This document shows positions 48,986-61,400 of a DNA stretch of 64,000 nucleotides, in pieces; the first letter of the stretch is position 1, and every line of letters starts with the position of its first letter. Source of the stretch: Macrostomum lignano. Its lineage: Eukaryota. The notes below the pieces were generated by a model. It did no database searches. It was not told the origin of the DNA and saw nothing but the letters and a program-made list of their open reading frames with translations. The position numbers were made by a program, and so were the translations under genes. Location of the stretch: assembly GCA_002269645.1 (NCBI GenBank), contig NIVC01001548.1, forward strand, positions 124,001-188,000. The letters run 5' to 3'.

Positions 48986-51900
48986 CTTCGTTGAACTGGA
49001 AGAGGTTACCGATGATATCTATTGGCCACAGCAAGTCCAGCACCAGCAGTACCAGCACCAGCAGTACCAGCACCAGCAGTACCAGCACCAACAACAGAAC
49101 CAGCACCAGCAGCCTGCCCGGCGAAGCCGCCAGCCGGTTCTGTCTGGCGACGCCGAGTGCCTGGTCTGCCAGCTGGCCGCCTCGGGCAACAACTTCGGCG
49201 TGGCCACGTGCGAGTCGTGCAAAACCTTCTTCAGGCGGAATGCCAAGCGAGAGGTAGGCAGGGCCGATTGGAAGCAGTGAGGGGAGACAGTGAGGGAGAC
49301 AGTGAGGGAGACGGTGAGGGGAGACGGTGAGGGGAGACAGTGAGGGGACAGTGAGGGAGACAGTGAGGGAGACAGTGAGGGAGACAGTGAGGGGAGATTA
49401 TGAGGGAGACAGTGAGGGAGACAGTGAGGGGAGACAGTGAGGGAGACGGTGAGGGAGACAGTGAGGGAGACGGTGAGGGAGACAGTGGGGGAGACAGTGA
49501 GGGGAGATTATGAGGGAGACAGTGAGGGAGACAGTGAGGGGAGACAGTGAGGGGAGACAGTGAGGGGAGACAGTGAGGGGAGACAGTGAGGGAGACGGTG
49601 AGGGAGACGGTGAGGGAGACATTTAGGGAGACGGTGAGGGTAGACGGTGAGGGAGACAGTGGGGGAGACAGTGAGGGAAGATTATGAGGGAGACAGTGAG
49701 GGAGACAGTGAGGGGAGACAGTGAGGGGAGACAGTGAGGGGAGACAGTGAGGGGAGACAGTGAGGGAGACAGTGAGGGGAGACAGTGAGGGGAGACAGTG
49801 AGGGAGACGGTGAGGGAGACGTTGAGGGAGACATTTAGGGAGACGGTGAGGGTAGACGGTGAGGGAGACAGTGGGGGAGACAGTGAGGGGAGATTATGAG
49901 GGAGACAGTGAGGGGAGACAGTGAGGGGAGACAGTGAGGGAGACGGTGAGGGGAGACAGTGAGGGAGACGGTGAGGGAGACGGTGAGGGAGACGGTGAGG
50001 GAGACGGTGAGGGAGATGGTGAGGGGAGACAGTGAGGGAGACAGTGAGGGAGACAGTGAGGGTAGACGGTGAGGGAGACAGTGAGGGAGACAGTGAGGGG
50101 AGACGGTGAGGATCCTGATAAATCCTGTTGTGCCAATCAGTCACCTAGCAACACCCACTGTCCGCCGTCTCGCAGCCGTCGCAAATCCGCTGCCTGCACT
50201 ACAACAACTGCAACGTGTTGCGCGAGTACCGCCGCTCCTGCACGGCCTGCCGGCTGAGGAAGTGCTTCGCTGTGGGCATGCGGAAGGAGCTCATCTTGTG
50301 TGAGTAGAAGCCTTCCGATGAATGTGACTCTTTGCTGCCTCTCACACCGCCCGGGATTAACTGGGAAATTTTAGCTTCTAATTGAAACTGGATGTTGTTA
50401 TCCCCTGGCTTAAACCACTACAACTCTGCATTTGTATTCAGATTTAAGCAGCCTTTCTGATGCACGATTCTGACAACTCTCTCTCTCTATTCTATCTACT
50501 CTGACCCTACCATTCTGCCTACTATGCCACCTCCGTGCAGCCGACGAGAAGCTTCGTAGCCGGGCCCGGCCGACCTTCAAGAAGCCGCGTTACCGCTGGT
50601 GTCGAATCCCGGCTAGCGTGGACATCAACCAGCTGCTCGCCGCGCTGCCCCTCGCCAGCGTCAGCGGCAGCCGCAGCAGCATCAGCGACGAAGCCCCGTC
50701 AGGCTCCGGCAGATCCCAGTCGCAGCCCTCGCCGCCGCACCAGCTGCGCGTAAAGGAGGAGGCCGCCGACTTTGCCGATACAGACGAAGATGATGAAGAT
50801 GACGAAGAGAAGGAGGACGCCGCAGAGTCGCCCAGCGAGCCGGAGCTCAGCCCTGACAGCAAGCAGCTCGAGGCCAGCCCGAAGTTCAGCGCGCTGTCCA
50901 GCTGCGTCCGCGAATACCGAGAACCGCAGGACAGAAAGTCGGCTGGCGCCCTGCTGATGAAGATTTTGTACCTGGAGGACGGGTTCGCCTGCATGGACAA
51001 CCCCATCCGCAAGATGATCCGCCTGATCCCGCAGCTGCCCTACTTTGACCAGCTGGACAAGGCTCTGCTTGGCCGCATCGTCAAGGTGAGGCTGGGTGCC
51101 TTTTGGCTCTGTAGCTTTTGTGGCGGGACAAGTCTGGACAGGATTTGGCCATGCTCGCCATCGGGACATTCATTAAGGACTAGTGTTACATCCTAAAGAC
51201 ACGTATGAGCCACCGGCTACAGAGACACTTTTATCAATACTTGAGAAAGTCTTCATAATGTCGGGATTTGAGATTTCGTTGGGATCCTATCCCCTCTAAA
51301 TCTCGGAGCTCCCGCCCCCATCCACCCCGCCAGTTTCGAGTGTTCGGCGCCCTGCAAATCATCAGCCAGCTGAACTACGAACCGGACAGGGACGCGTGGG
51401 TCTATTCGGTGGACAGCGGCCGGCCGGTACTGGACGAGGCCGTCATACCGGCCAGGGATGGCGTTTACAGCACCTTTATGTGCCTCACCAAGCGCTGTCT
51501 GACGGACGGCCGGGCGCTGTACACCCCAGCAGACGTGGAGCGAATGTACAACGCATTGATCGGCTTCTATCGAGAGATGCAGCGCCTGTTTCGCGAGCGC
51601 TGCCACCTGGCAGCCGTGGTGCTCATGGCCCTGTACCTGCTTGAGGAGGATGTTCCGCTGGCCCTCACGGATGCCGAGAAGTCCAGCCTGCGCCAGGTGC
51701 AGTGGAACTACCTGAACTATCTGGACGATATTGCGGCTGGCAGCTGCAAACTGGACGGCCAGATGGCCAGGTACACCAGCAAGAAGGCGCTGCTGCTGCT
51801 GGTGCAGATTCGCTGGCTGGACACCTGCTACAGCGACGCAGCCAAGGCGCTGGAATTGGCCAAGGTGCCGCCCCTGATGCAGGAGCTGGTCAGCGAGTAA
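48986..51900 (+). CDS. Nuclear hormone receptor, NR1J (HR96/DAF-12)-like; exons 48986..49253, 50176..50299, 50541..51085, 51334..51900; start exon unresolved
   Basis: C4 zinc fingers CLVCQLAASGNNFGVATCESCKTFFRRNA and CLHYNNCNVLREYRRSCTACRLRKCFAVGMRKELIL, in a frame largely not shown in the ORF track. The ESCKxFFRRNA pattern is NR1J-like. A helical LBD ends in the AF-2-like PLMQELV. A Gln-rich A/B region precedes the zinc fingers. Confidence 0.85.
49278..50110. repeat. ~12-bp purine-rich minisatellite (GAGGGAGACAGT)n between the two zinc-finger exons
   Basis: Visible directly, with a block duplication marked by CATTTAGGGAGACGG at ~49620 and ~49831. Confidence 0.95.
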
Positions 51901-52994
51901 GCCACGTCTTTGGTGGCTTCCACGGCCTTCTTTTATGACATTCCACCGCATTCAGTGGGTGCCGCGTTGCTTGATGCCCGAAGCGGCTCTCGAATGCCAG
52001 AGGCCGTCCTGACCAGCCGCGCTTATCTCAGACGATACTATTAATACCACTTATTGCGATCTGCTCTGCGTTGTGAGCCCCCCGTATGTCTGGTCCGCCC
52101 GCTGGCGGCCAGGCGCGTATCGCGTCCAGCCTTGGCCGTGCATTTCAGCCAGCGCTCGAACGATTGCTTTAGCTGTACTCTTGCACGTACTACTCGTATG
52201 TGTTTCTCTTAGTAGCACTGGCGCGCACAGAGCAATATTTATAGATGTATGCGTGTTTTTCTATGAGTTTATATTTTAGTCGAATGTTTAGAATGGAATC
52301 GCACTACACTGTAGCAGAGCGAGATTTGATGTGAAAGCAAGATTGCTTGGATAGGGATAAATCTGGCTGCGGAGTGTCGGTCTCCAGACGAAGCATTCGA
52401 AGCATTGCAGTGTAGCAGATGTTTGTTGATATAAACTCCCCGATTTCCTGTGCTCGACTTCATTGTATTTTGCTGCATCATCCTACGCACAAATTGTTTC
52501 CGATTCACCTGTAATCTGTGTGCCACCACCTGCGGCGCTTCTGTGCAGTTGCTGCTTAACCTGATGTGTCAGATGTTTCCAATTATTGTTCTCTCGCGTA
52601 CTATAAGACCAGGATTCGTATTGTGCTCGTGCGAATGTAATATAAATAGCTAACTGTATTTCAACGATGTGCTGCATGCGTAGATTGTAACGCGTTCTAT
52701 CGTGCTATGGAGCAGAGAAACTTAAATATATCTGATCGAATATTACTTACTCACTTGCTTTTCTTGTCTGAAAGTGCCGATCTTCGAATTTTACTTACTG
52801 AAATTTCTCGGTGACCAGTGGTTTTGAGTTTTAGCTTTGAACCTGCTGAGTCCCAATTTTCAATCACTACGAGCTACTTCTATTGACAGATTTCACATAG
52901 AGATGGGGCTTTAGAATTTGTCACAATTAGTTTTAAAGTTTTGATTAAAAACTTTACTGGAAACCATTTACGTGTATGAGGCGCTTACAGTAAA

Positions 52995-54265
52995 TCAAAA
53001 CTCTCTCCACCTATCAAGTTCCTATCTTGCCCTATCAAATCTCTCATTTGCCCTATCAAATCCCTCTCTTGCCCTATCAAATCCCTCTCTTGCCCTATCA
53101 AATCCCTCTCTTGCCCTATCAAATCCCTCTCTTGCCCTATCAAATCCCTCTCTTGCCCTATCAAATCTCTCATTTGCCCTATCAAATCCCTCTCTTGCCC
53201 TATCAAATCCCTCTCTTGCCCTATCAAATCCCTCTCTTGCCCTATCAAATCCCTCTCTTGCCCTATCAAATCCCTCTCTTGCCCTATCAAATCCCTCTCT
53301 TGCCCTATCAAATCTCTCATTTGCCCTATCAAATCCCTCTCTTGCCCTATCAAATCCCTCTCTTGCCCTATCAAATCCCTCTCTTGCCCTATCAAATCCC
53401 TCTCTTGCCCTATCAAATCCCTCTCTTGCCCTATCAAATCCCTCTCTTGCCCTATCAAATCTCTCATTTGCCCTATCAAATCCCTCTCTTGCCCTATCAA
53501 ATCCCTCTCTTGCCCTATCAAATCCCTCTCTTGCCCTATCAAATCTCTCATTTGCCCTATCAAATCTCTCATTTGCCCTATCAAATCCCTCTCTTGCCAT
53601 ATCAAATCTCTCATTTGCCCTATCAAATCCCTCTCTTGCCATATCAAATCTCTCATTTGCCCTATCAAATCCCTCTCTTGCTATATCAAATCTCTCATTT
53701 GCCCTATCAAATCCCTCTCTTGCCATATCACATCTCTCATTTGCCCTATCAAATCCGTCTCTTGCCATATCAAGTTCCTATCTTCACCTTTCAAATCCTG
53801 CTCTTGCCATATCAAGTTCCTATCTTCACCTTTCAAATCCTGCTCTTGACATATCAAGTTCCTATCTTCACCTTTCAAATCCCGCTCTTGCCATATCAAG
53901 TTCCTATCTTCACCTATCAAATCCCTCTCTTGCCCTATCAAGTTCCTATCTTCACCTATCAAATCCCTCTCTTGCCATATCAAGTTCCTATCTTCACCTT
54001 TCAAATCCTGCTCTTGCCATATCAAGTTCCTATCTTCACCTTTCAAATCCTGCTCTTGCCATATCAAGTTCCTATCTTCACCTTTCAAATCCCGCTCTTG
54101 CCATATCAAGTTCCTATCTTCACCTATCAAATCCCTCTCTTGCCCTATCAAGTTCCTATCTTCACCTATCAAATCCCTCTCTTGCCATATCAAGTTCCTA
54201 TCTTCACCTATCAAATCCCTCTCTTGCCCTATCAGTTTCCTATCTTCACCTATCAAATCCCTCTC
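52995..54265. repeat. 21-bp minisatellite grading into a 42-bp dimeric variant
   Basis: CCCTATCAAATCCCTCTCTTG in the left half and CCATATCAAGTTCCTATCTTCACCTTTCAAATCCTGCTCTTG in the right half. Confidence 0.95.
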
Positions 54266-55441
54266 TGAGTCTGGCTACTCGTACTCTTCGCCGCCCCAAA
54301 GTTGTCTCGGGCAGTGAAGCATGGTGAAGATAATCATAAAAGCAGTCCATCCTTTCCATTGTCTGTACCATGCAGTGCAGATTTAGTAGCTCGCAGCTTA
54401 TTTCTAAATATAGTTCAGTTTAATCCCTCAACCTGTCCGTCCGGCCAACCAGTGCAGACTTTTATAGCGGGAGAATCGGTAAAAGCGGCTCACGTGCCCG
54501 AGCTGCCACCATGTCTATCAAAACCGTTACAGCGAAACGCCCTGTCGCGTTGACCTCAGCGGCGTGACTGGCTGCCAATGCGAACGGAAAGTTCCATCAC
54601 AAAAGGCCCCTCGATAAGAAAACTTCTTCTGGAAAACTTGGTCAACAAATTCCGCTAGTTAAGCATTTCCTTTCGATTTAAGAACTGGGACACTCGGCAG
54701 GTTAATCTGGTCGGCTGGCTCTGCAATTCACGTGTATGCATTCAGCCCGGTCACTTGTTATGCATGCAGTACATTTTGTATTTTTGCCAGGATTTTGTTG
54801 TAGTTAAATTTTCTTCTTTCAATGGGTTGAATTGGACTCTCCCGAAAATTGTAAATTGGGTTTGGCCTCACATTCCTCTCATTTCTTCCGCTTCTCTTCC
54901 GTCTTGCTAACGTTTACTTTTCTGCTTGCTCTTCGATTTCTGCTTCCGCTTTGCAATTAGAATGACTTTGATGACTCAAAACAAGTTCACAAAAGTACAA
55001 ACACTTTCGGTTTCACAATTTCTTATTATAACAGAGTTGCATCAAGGTCCAATCACAAGCTTCCACTCGAAAATTGAAAAAAAAACAATAAAAGTTCATT
55101 GCAGACTTGCTTATTACTTATCCAAGAACCGCTAGAAGTTAACGCTGTTATACGATAGTAACTTCTAGTGGTCCTGGGGCGCATGCTCATAAGCGATTGT
55201 GACTACAAGCTAAAAAAGCGCTCTCTGAAGGCGCTACTACAACAGTCTTCAAACTCAGATCTAAGCCAAGCGACGCACAACAGAATGAAACGACTAGAAG
55301 CACACCGAACTGACTAGCTTGACGGGGTGTCAGCATGAATGACGGCAAAAGCAGAGTAGCTCGTCGCTAGGCTGGACCTCGACCTTGCAGAACAAAATCC
55401 CAGTGTCGACACGATTAATGTAGAATTTTTTTCATCAAATT

Positions 55442-58400
55442 TCAGTCAGCCGGACTCTGCACTCCAGCCGTGTGACAGATCGCGGCGGTGGCAGTCAGCT
55501 GGAGTCCAGCTTCGTCGGCGATCGTCTCTTTCCCGTTGCCACGTCGGCTGGTGCTTCCGCCGGCGCTGCCGATGCCGCCTCCGACAACGCCGCCGGCGCT
55601 GCAGGCGCTTCCGGGTGTTCGACTTCGGCGCAGGCGATGGCGGGCAAGCAGGCGGCTGAGGGTGGCCTGGACCTGCATGGGATTGAAACAGGGGGAGGGG
55701 GGTATGGTGGGTGTTTGCGGCCACAAATATAGCTCGTACCTTGACCTGCAGCGAGTCAGCGACCAAGCAGCCATGCCTGTTTTGCTGACCGCTAAGCCTT
55801 CTTATCTTCCTTAAGCATGTGTACCCTGTGCCCTCTGGCTGAGATCTGATAAAACTCTCAGCTTGATCTCACTCTGATCCACCGCTATTCCAGTACTGAG
55901 CTCGCGTCTCACCTCCTTGTCCAGGAAGCAGTACATGAGTGCCAGAAACAGGCCCTGGAAGCTCAGCAGGCAGGATTTCAGCGTCGTGACGACGATGAAG
56001 TTCACTGTTTTGACCGGGTCGGGCACCGTGCAGATCACGTTGGTGATGCCCAGCAGGGGCAGCAGGAGGAAGGCGGCGCGGAGCGCTTTCCTAGAAACGT
56101 TTCAATGGAAATTCTTGCCGAAGTTTGAGATAGTTCGGCCTACGAGTAACTATAAAAAGGTTTTATAGTCGCTATAAGTAGTATTAATAGCAGTTTGTCA
56201 CCATTCAGAACTAAAATTTACCCAGCCGGCCACCCACCTCATCTGCTGGGTCTCATTGGAGCGAATCTCTCGCAGACGCATCACCAGAACTCGAAGTACG
56301 TTGAGCAAGAAGCCAATGTTGATCTGAGTGAGTTGAGGACAATCGGCATCAGTTTGCAAGCGGTTGGTGGATCGTTAGAAGTTTTCAAGAGTTGAACATT
56401 TTTTTAGCTCACAGCAAAGGTAAAAATTCGACAGGCGCTCAGAATCCAGTAGAAATTCGAGAAAAATGACTCCTTCCAGCACCTGAAAGTTTTGCGGTCA
56501 AGTTTAGAGGTGGGTGTCGCAGAGGACATTTTCAGCCGTTGGACTCACGAAAACTGATGATATTTCACTTAGACTTACTTATTCGGGTTGTGCTCATTGT
56601 GCCACAGAATAACACCAGACCAGACGATGGTTGGAACCACGGGCAGACCTGTGGGATGCACCAGGGCAAACTGGGAAACTGGGATGCCGAATGAGAATCA
56701 TTTAGGACTCACCGCATTCCGGAGCTCCCGATAGAACCACTCAGGACTGACCGCATCCAAAAGCGCCATCAGGACTCAGGAGTCACACGTGGCGCACCGC
56801 ATCCAAGACTAGCATCAAGCGCCACTCAGGACTCACTGTATCCAAGACCAGCATCAAGCGCCACTCAAGACTCACCGCATCCAGGACCAGCATCAAGCGC
56901 CACTCAAGACTCACCGCATCCAGGACCAGCATCAAGCGCCACTCAAGACTCACCGCATCCAGGACCAGCATCAAGCGCCACTCAAGACTCACCGCATCCA
57001 GGACCAGCATCAAGCGCCACTCAAGACTCACCGCATCCAGGACCAGCATCAAGCGCCACTCAGGACTCACTGCATCCAAGACCACCATCAAGCGCCACTC
57101 AAGACTCACCGCATCTAAGAGCACCATCAGAAGCCACTCAGGACTCACTGCATCAAAGACCAGCATCAGGAGCCACCCAGGACTCACTGCATCAAGACCA
57201 GCACCAAGAGCCACCCGTAGGACTAACCATATCCCAGCAGGTAGTTGCGCCACATCCCGGTGTTGGTCTGGAACACGGTGACCGCGATCCTATCGTGAAT
57301 ATTAATCCCCTCGGCCAGCATCCACGCGAAGATGGAGGTTCGCGTGGTTTCCCAGATGCACTTGAGCAGAATGCAGAGATACGGCTGTTGGGTGGCGGTT
57401 TTTTAGTAGTTTATAATTTAAGTTTGTAGACACGCGAGAGAGGTAGTACATTATAGCACATAGAAAACTGTTTCGGTAGTTTGAAAATAACAGATGGACT
57501 GAATGACCAGACGACCCAGGGGCTCGGAAGAATGGCGGCGTTCCCGCTTATCGCTTTTTTTCAACGACAGCTTCCTTGACAGGGAATAGCGATCCATCCT
57601 GATGCCTAATGCCAAACTATCATGATTGAAGGAAAAAGTGTACCCAAGTACTACACAGTATTCCCCCCAAGTCCCCAAGGGAGGTAGGCGAATTCTGCAG
57701 AGATCCCGGATCTGCCGATCTGGACATCGTGAGCAGCCTGCAGAACTCTAATTAACGCAGCCGGTGAAGTGAATCTGCCAGTAAAGTGGGACTTGCCCCC
57801 CCCCCACCCGGCCACCCGCCAGCAAAATGGTAATCGGCGGGCCCTCTATTCTATTTAGCCTCTGGGTTTAAAGCAGTCTTAGCCGTCTCGTCCACTCGCG
57901 CAAATCAATAAAACAGCTGTCCGCAAGGGAGTGAGCGGCCTCCCCGGCAAACCGGGTCGGGTAGGCGCCATATTGCAGCTGTCATTGGACTGGCTCAGTG
58001 GCTGTGGAATCCGAGCAAAGCATTTATACTAGATTGATTATGCAAATTTTTTCTTCATAATAAATTCATACTCACTTGTCGTGGGCTTCTAGTGCCGATT
58101 TATTCTCAATTCGAATTCGCGTCAAAAAGGAGGATTGCACATATATTGGGTAGGTTTGAGTAGCCTAGAATGATTTATATTTCTTAGAGAGGCTTAGAGA
58201 GGCTTAAAGAGGCTTAGAGAGGCTTAGAGAGTCTTAAAGAGGCTTAGAGAGGCTTAGAGAGTCTTAGAAAGGCTTAGAGTAGCTTAGAGTAGCTTAGACA
58301 GGCTTAGACAGGCTTAGACTAGCTTAGAGTAGCTTAGAGTAGCTTAGAGTAGCTTAGAGTAGCTTAGAGAGGCTTAGAGAGGCTTAGAGTAGCTTAGAGT

Positions 58401-61400
58401 AGCTTAGAGTAGCTTAGAGTAGCTTAGAGAGTCTTAGAGAGGCTTAGAGTAGCTTAGAGTAGCTTAGAGTAGCTTAGAGTAGCTTAGAGAGTCTTAGAGA
58501 GGCTTAGAGAGGCTTAAAGTAGCTTAGAGAGGCTTAGAGAGGCTAAGAGTAGCTTAGAGTAGCTTAGAGTAGCTTAGAGTAGCTTAGAGTAGCTTAGAGT
58601 AGCTTAGAGTAGCTTAGAGTAGCTTAGAGTAGCTTAGAGTGGCTTAGAGTGGCTTAGAGTGGCTTAGAGTGGCCTAGAACGGCTCATCTAATGTGTTCTT
58701 TAAAACAATTTTAACTCAGCAAAGAAGGACAAAAATGTAAAAAAAACGTTTGTGATTTGTTTATGTTTGAATGCATCAATAAATTAACTACCCATATTCC
58801 CTGAATTTCATGGTAGCACGTGGCAGTGTATCGCTCTGCTTTTTTCGTTGCTAATTGGCTAACAACTTTTTCCGCCCGTAGAACTACCAAGCGGGCAACA
58901 GGGTGTCCATAGTCACCTGGTGCCACCTGTTGAAGGTCCAGAAGCTCCGCCTGAGTGAAGGCCAGTTCCCAACGAAGTCATAGCTGATGCAGACACATGT
59001 GATCGACGTGCTGATGAAGTTTGGAGGCTTGGCAAGGCTGCACTGAGGCGATGTGCTGATTGGCGCACAGGATTACATTGGCGCTTATGGAAAAGAAATC
59101 CGACCTTCTGGCAGAATCGTTGAATATCTCGACGGTCAAAAGACTTGGCGAGTTGATTCTTGTTTGAGAAGGTGCGCAAGAAAGTTGGCGCGTATTCTTA
59201 AATTTCGTGTCTTGAAACTCCTTGAAACTTGAATGTCCTATGCTACTAATATGTGCTACAATTACAACTCTAAGCTTACTAGAACGTAAAAAATTCTCTT
59301 TCTAACAAATGAACTCTTCATTGAACAACTACTGAATGCTACTTCGGTTCAGTTGAACAGTCTTCTCACCAGAGCCTTTAAGCTGCTAGCAGCCGGGCTG
59401 CCAGCGGCCCTGCTCAGCACGATCTCCCTACTCGCCAGCAGCAAGTGCAGCAGCGTCTGTGCCAGCATTGCCAGAAATAGGTTGCGGTGAATCTTGGTGC
59501 GCTGGTTCCGGAGGCAGCTGCAATTAAAGGTAGTTCAATAGTTCCCTGCACCGATTCTGATATGGCACGAAACATTTATTAAGGATAGACTCCTTCCCTG
59601 GTGTACATTCTCGGCTTCTTCTCCAACGTACTTGTACATAGCCTTCCTAAGACTCCTTCCCTGATGTACATACCCGGCTTCTTCCTCAGAGTACACAGCC
59701 TTCCTAAGACTCCTTCCCTGATGTACATACCCGGATTCTTCCTCAGCGTACACAGCCTTCCTAAGACTCTTTCCCTGATGTGCATACCCGGCTTCTTCCT
59801 CAGAGTACACAGCCTTCCTAAGACTCCTTCCCTGATGTACATACCCGGCTTCTTCCTCAGAGTACACAGCCTTCCTAAGACTCATTCCCTGATGTACATA
59901 CCCGGCTTCTTCCTCAGAGTACACAGCCTTTCTAAGATTCCTTCCCTGATGTACATACCTGGCTTATTACCCAGAGTACACAGCCTTCCTAAAACTCCTT
60001 CTCTGGTGTACATACCCGGCTTCTTCCTCGGCGTACACAGCCTTCCTAAGACTCCTTCCCTGATGTACATACCCGGATTCTTCCTCAGCGTACACAGCCT
60101 TCCTAAGACTCCTTCCCTGATGTGCATACCCGGCTTCTTCCTCAGAGTACACAGCCTTCCTAAGACTCCTTCCCTGATGTACATACCCGGATTCTTCCTC
60201 AGCGTACACAGCCTTCCTAAGACTCTTTCCCTGATGTGCATACCCGGCTTCTTCCTCAGAGTACACAGCCTTCCTAAGACTCCTTCCCTGATGTACATAC
60301 CCGGCTTCTTCCTCAGAGTACACAGCCTTCCTAAGACTCATTCCCTGATGTACATACCCGGCTTCTTCCTCAGAGTACACAGCCTTTCTAAGATTCCTTC
60401 CCTGATGTACATACCTGGCTTATTACCCAGAGTACACAGCCTTCCTAAAACTCCTTCTCTGGTGTACATACCCGGCTTCTTCCTCGGCGTACACAGCCTT
60501 CCTAAGACTCCTTCCCTGATGTACATCCCAGCTTCTTCCCCAGCGTACACAGCATTTCTAAGACTCCTTCCCTGATGTACATACCCGGCTTCTTCCTCAG
60601 AGTACACAGCCTTCTTAAGACTCCTTCCCTGATGTACAAACCCGGCTTCTTCCTCAGAGTACACAGCCTTCCTAAGACTCCTTCCCTGATGTACATACCC
60701 GGCTTCTTCCTCAGCGTACACAGCCTTCCTAAGACTCCTTCCCTGATGTACATACCCGGCTTCTTCCCCAGCGTACACAGCCTTCCTAAGATTCCTTCCC
60801 TGATGTACATACCCGGCTTCTTCCCCAGAGTACACAGCCTTCCTAAGACTCCTTCCCTGATGTACATACCCGGCTTCTTACCCAGCGTAGACAGCCTTTC
60901 TAAGATTCCTTCCCTGATGTACATACCCGGCTTCTTCCCCAGCGTACACAGCCTTCTTAAGACTCCTTCCCTGATGTACATACCCGGCTTCTTCCCCAGC
61001 GTACACAGCCTTCCTAAGATTCCTTCCCTGATGTACATACCCGGCTTCTTCCCCAGCGTACACAGCCTTCTTAAGACTCCTTCCCTGATGTACATACCCG
61101 GCTTCTTCCCCAGCGTACACAGCCTTCCTAAGATTCCTTCCCTGATGTACATACCCGGCTTCTTCCCCAGAGTACACAGCCTTCCTAAGACTCCTTCCCT
61201 GATGTACATACCCGGCTTCTTACCCAGCGTACACAGCCTTCCTAAGACTCCTTCCCTGATGTACATACCTGGCTTCTTACCCAGCGTACACAGCCTTCCT
61301 AAGACTCCTTCCCTGATGTACATACCCGGCTTCTTCCCCAGCGTACACAGCCTTCCTAAGACTCCTTCCCTGATGTACATACCTGGCTTCTTACCCAGCG

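Noticed and set aside
48991-49330. ORF-track translations (MNWKRL..., MATASPAP...) over the nuclear receptor first exon
   Set aside because: These are the wrong frames. The third frame encodes the Gln-rich region and the C4 zinc finger.
50699-51951. Long antisense ORFs (233 aa, 156 aa; likewise 7199-7879, 30462-30983, 38381-39153)
   Set aside because: These are shadow ORFs produced by the GC-rich codon bias of the real genes on the opposite strand or in another frame.
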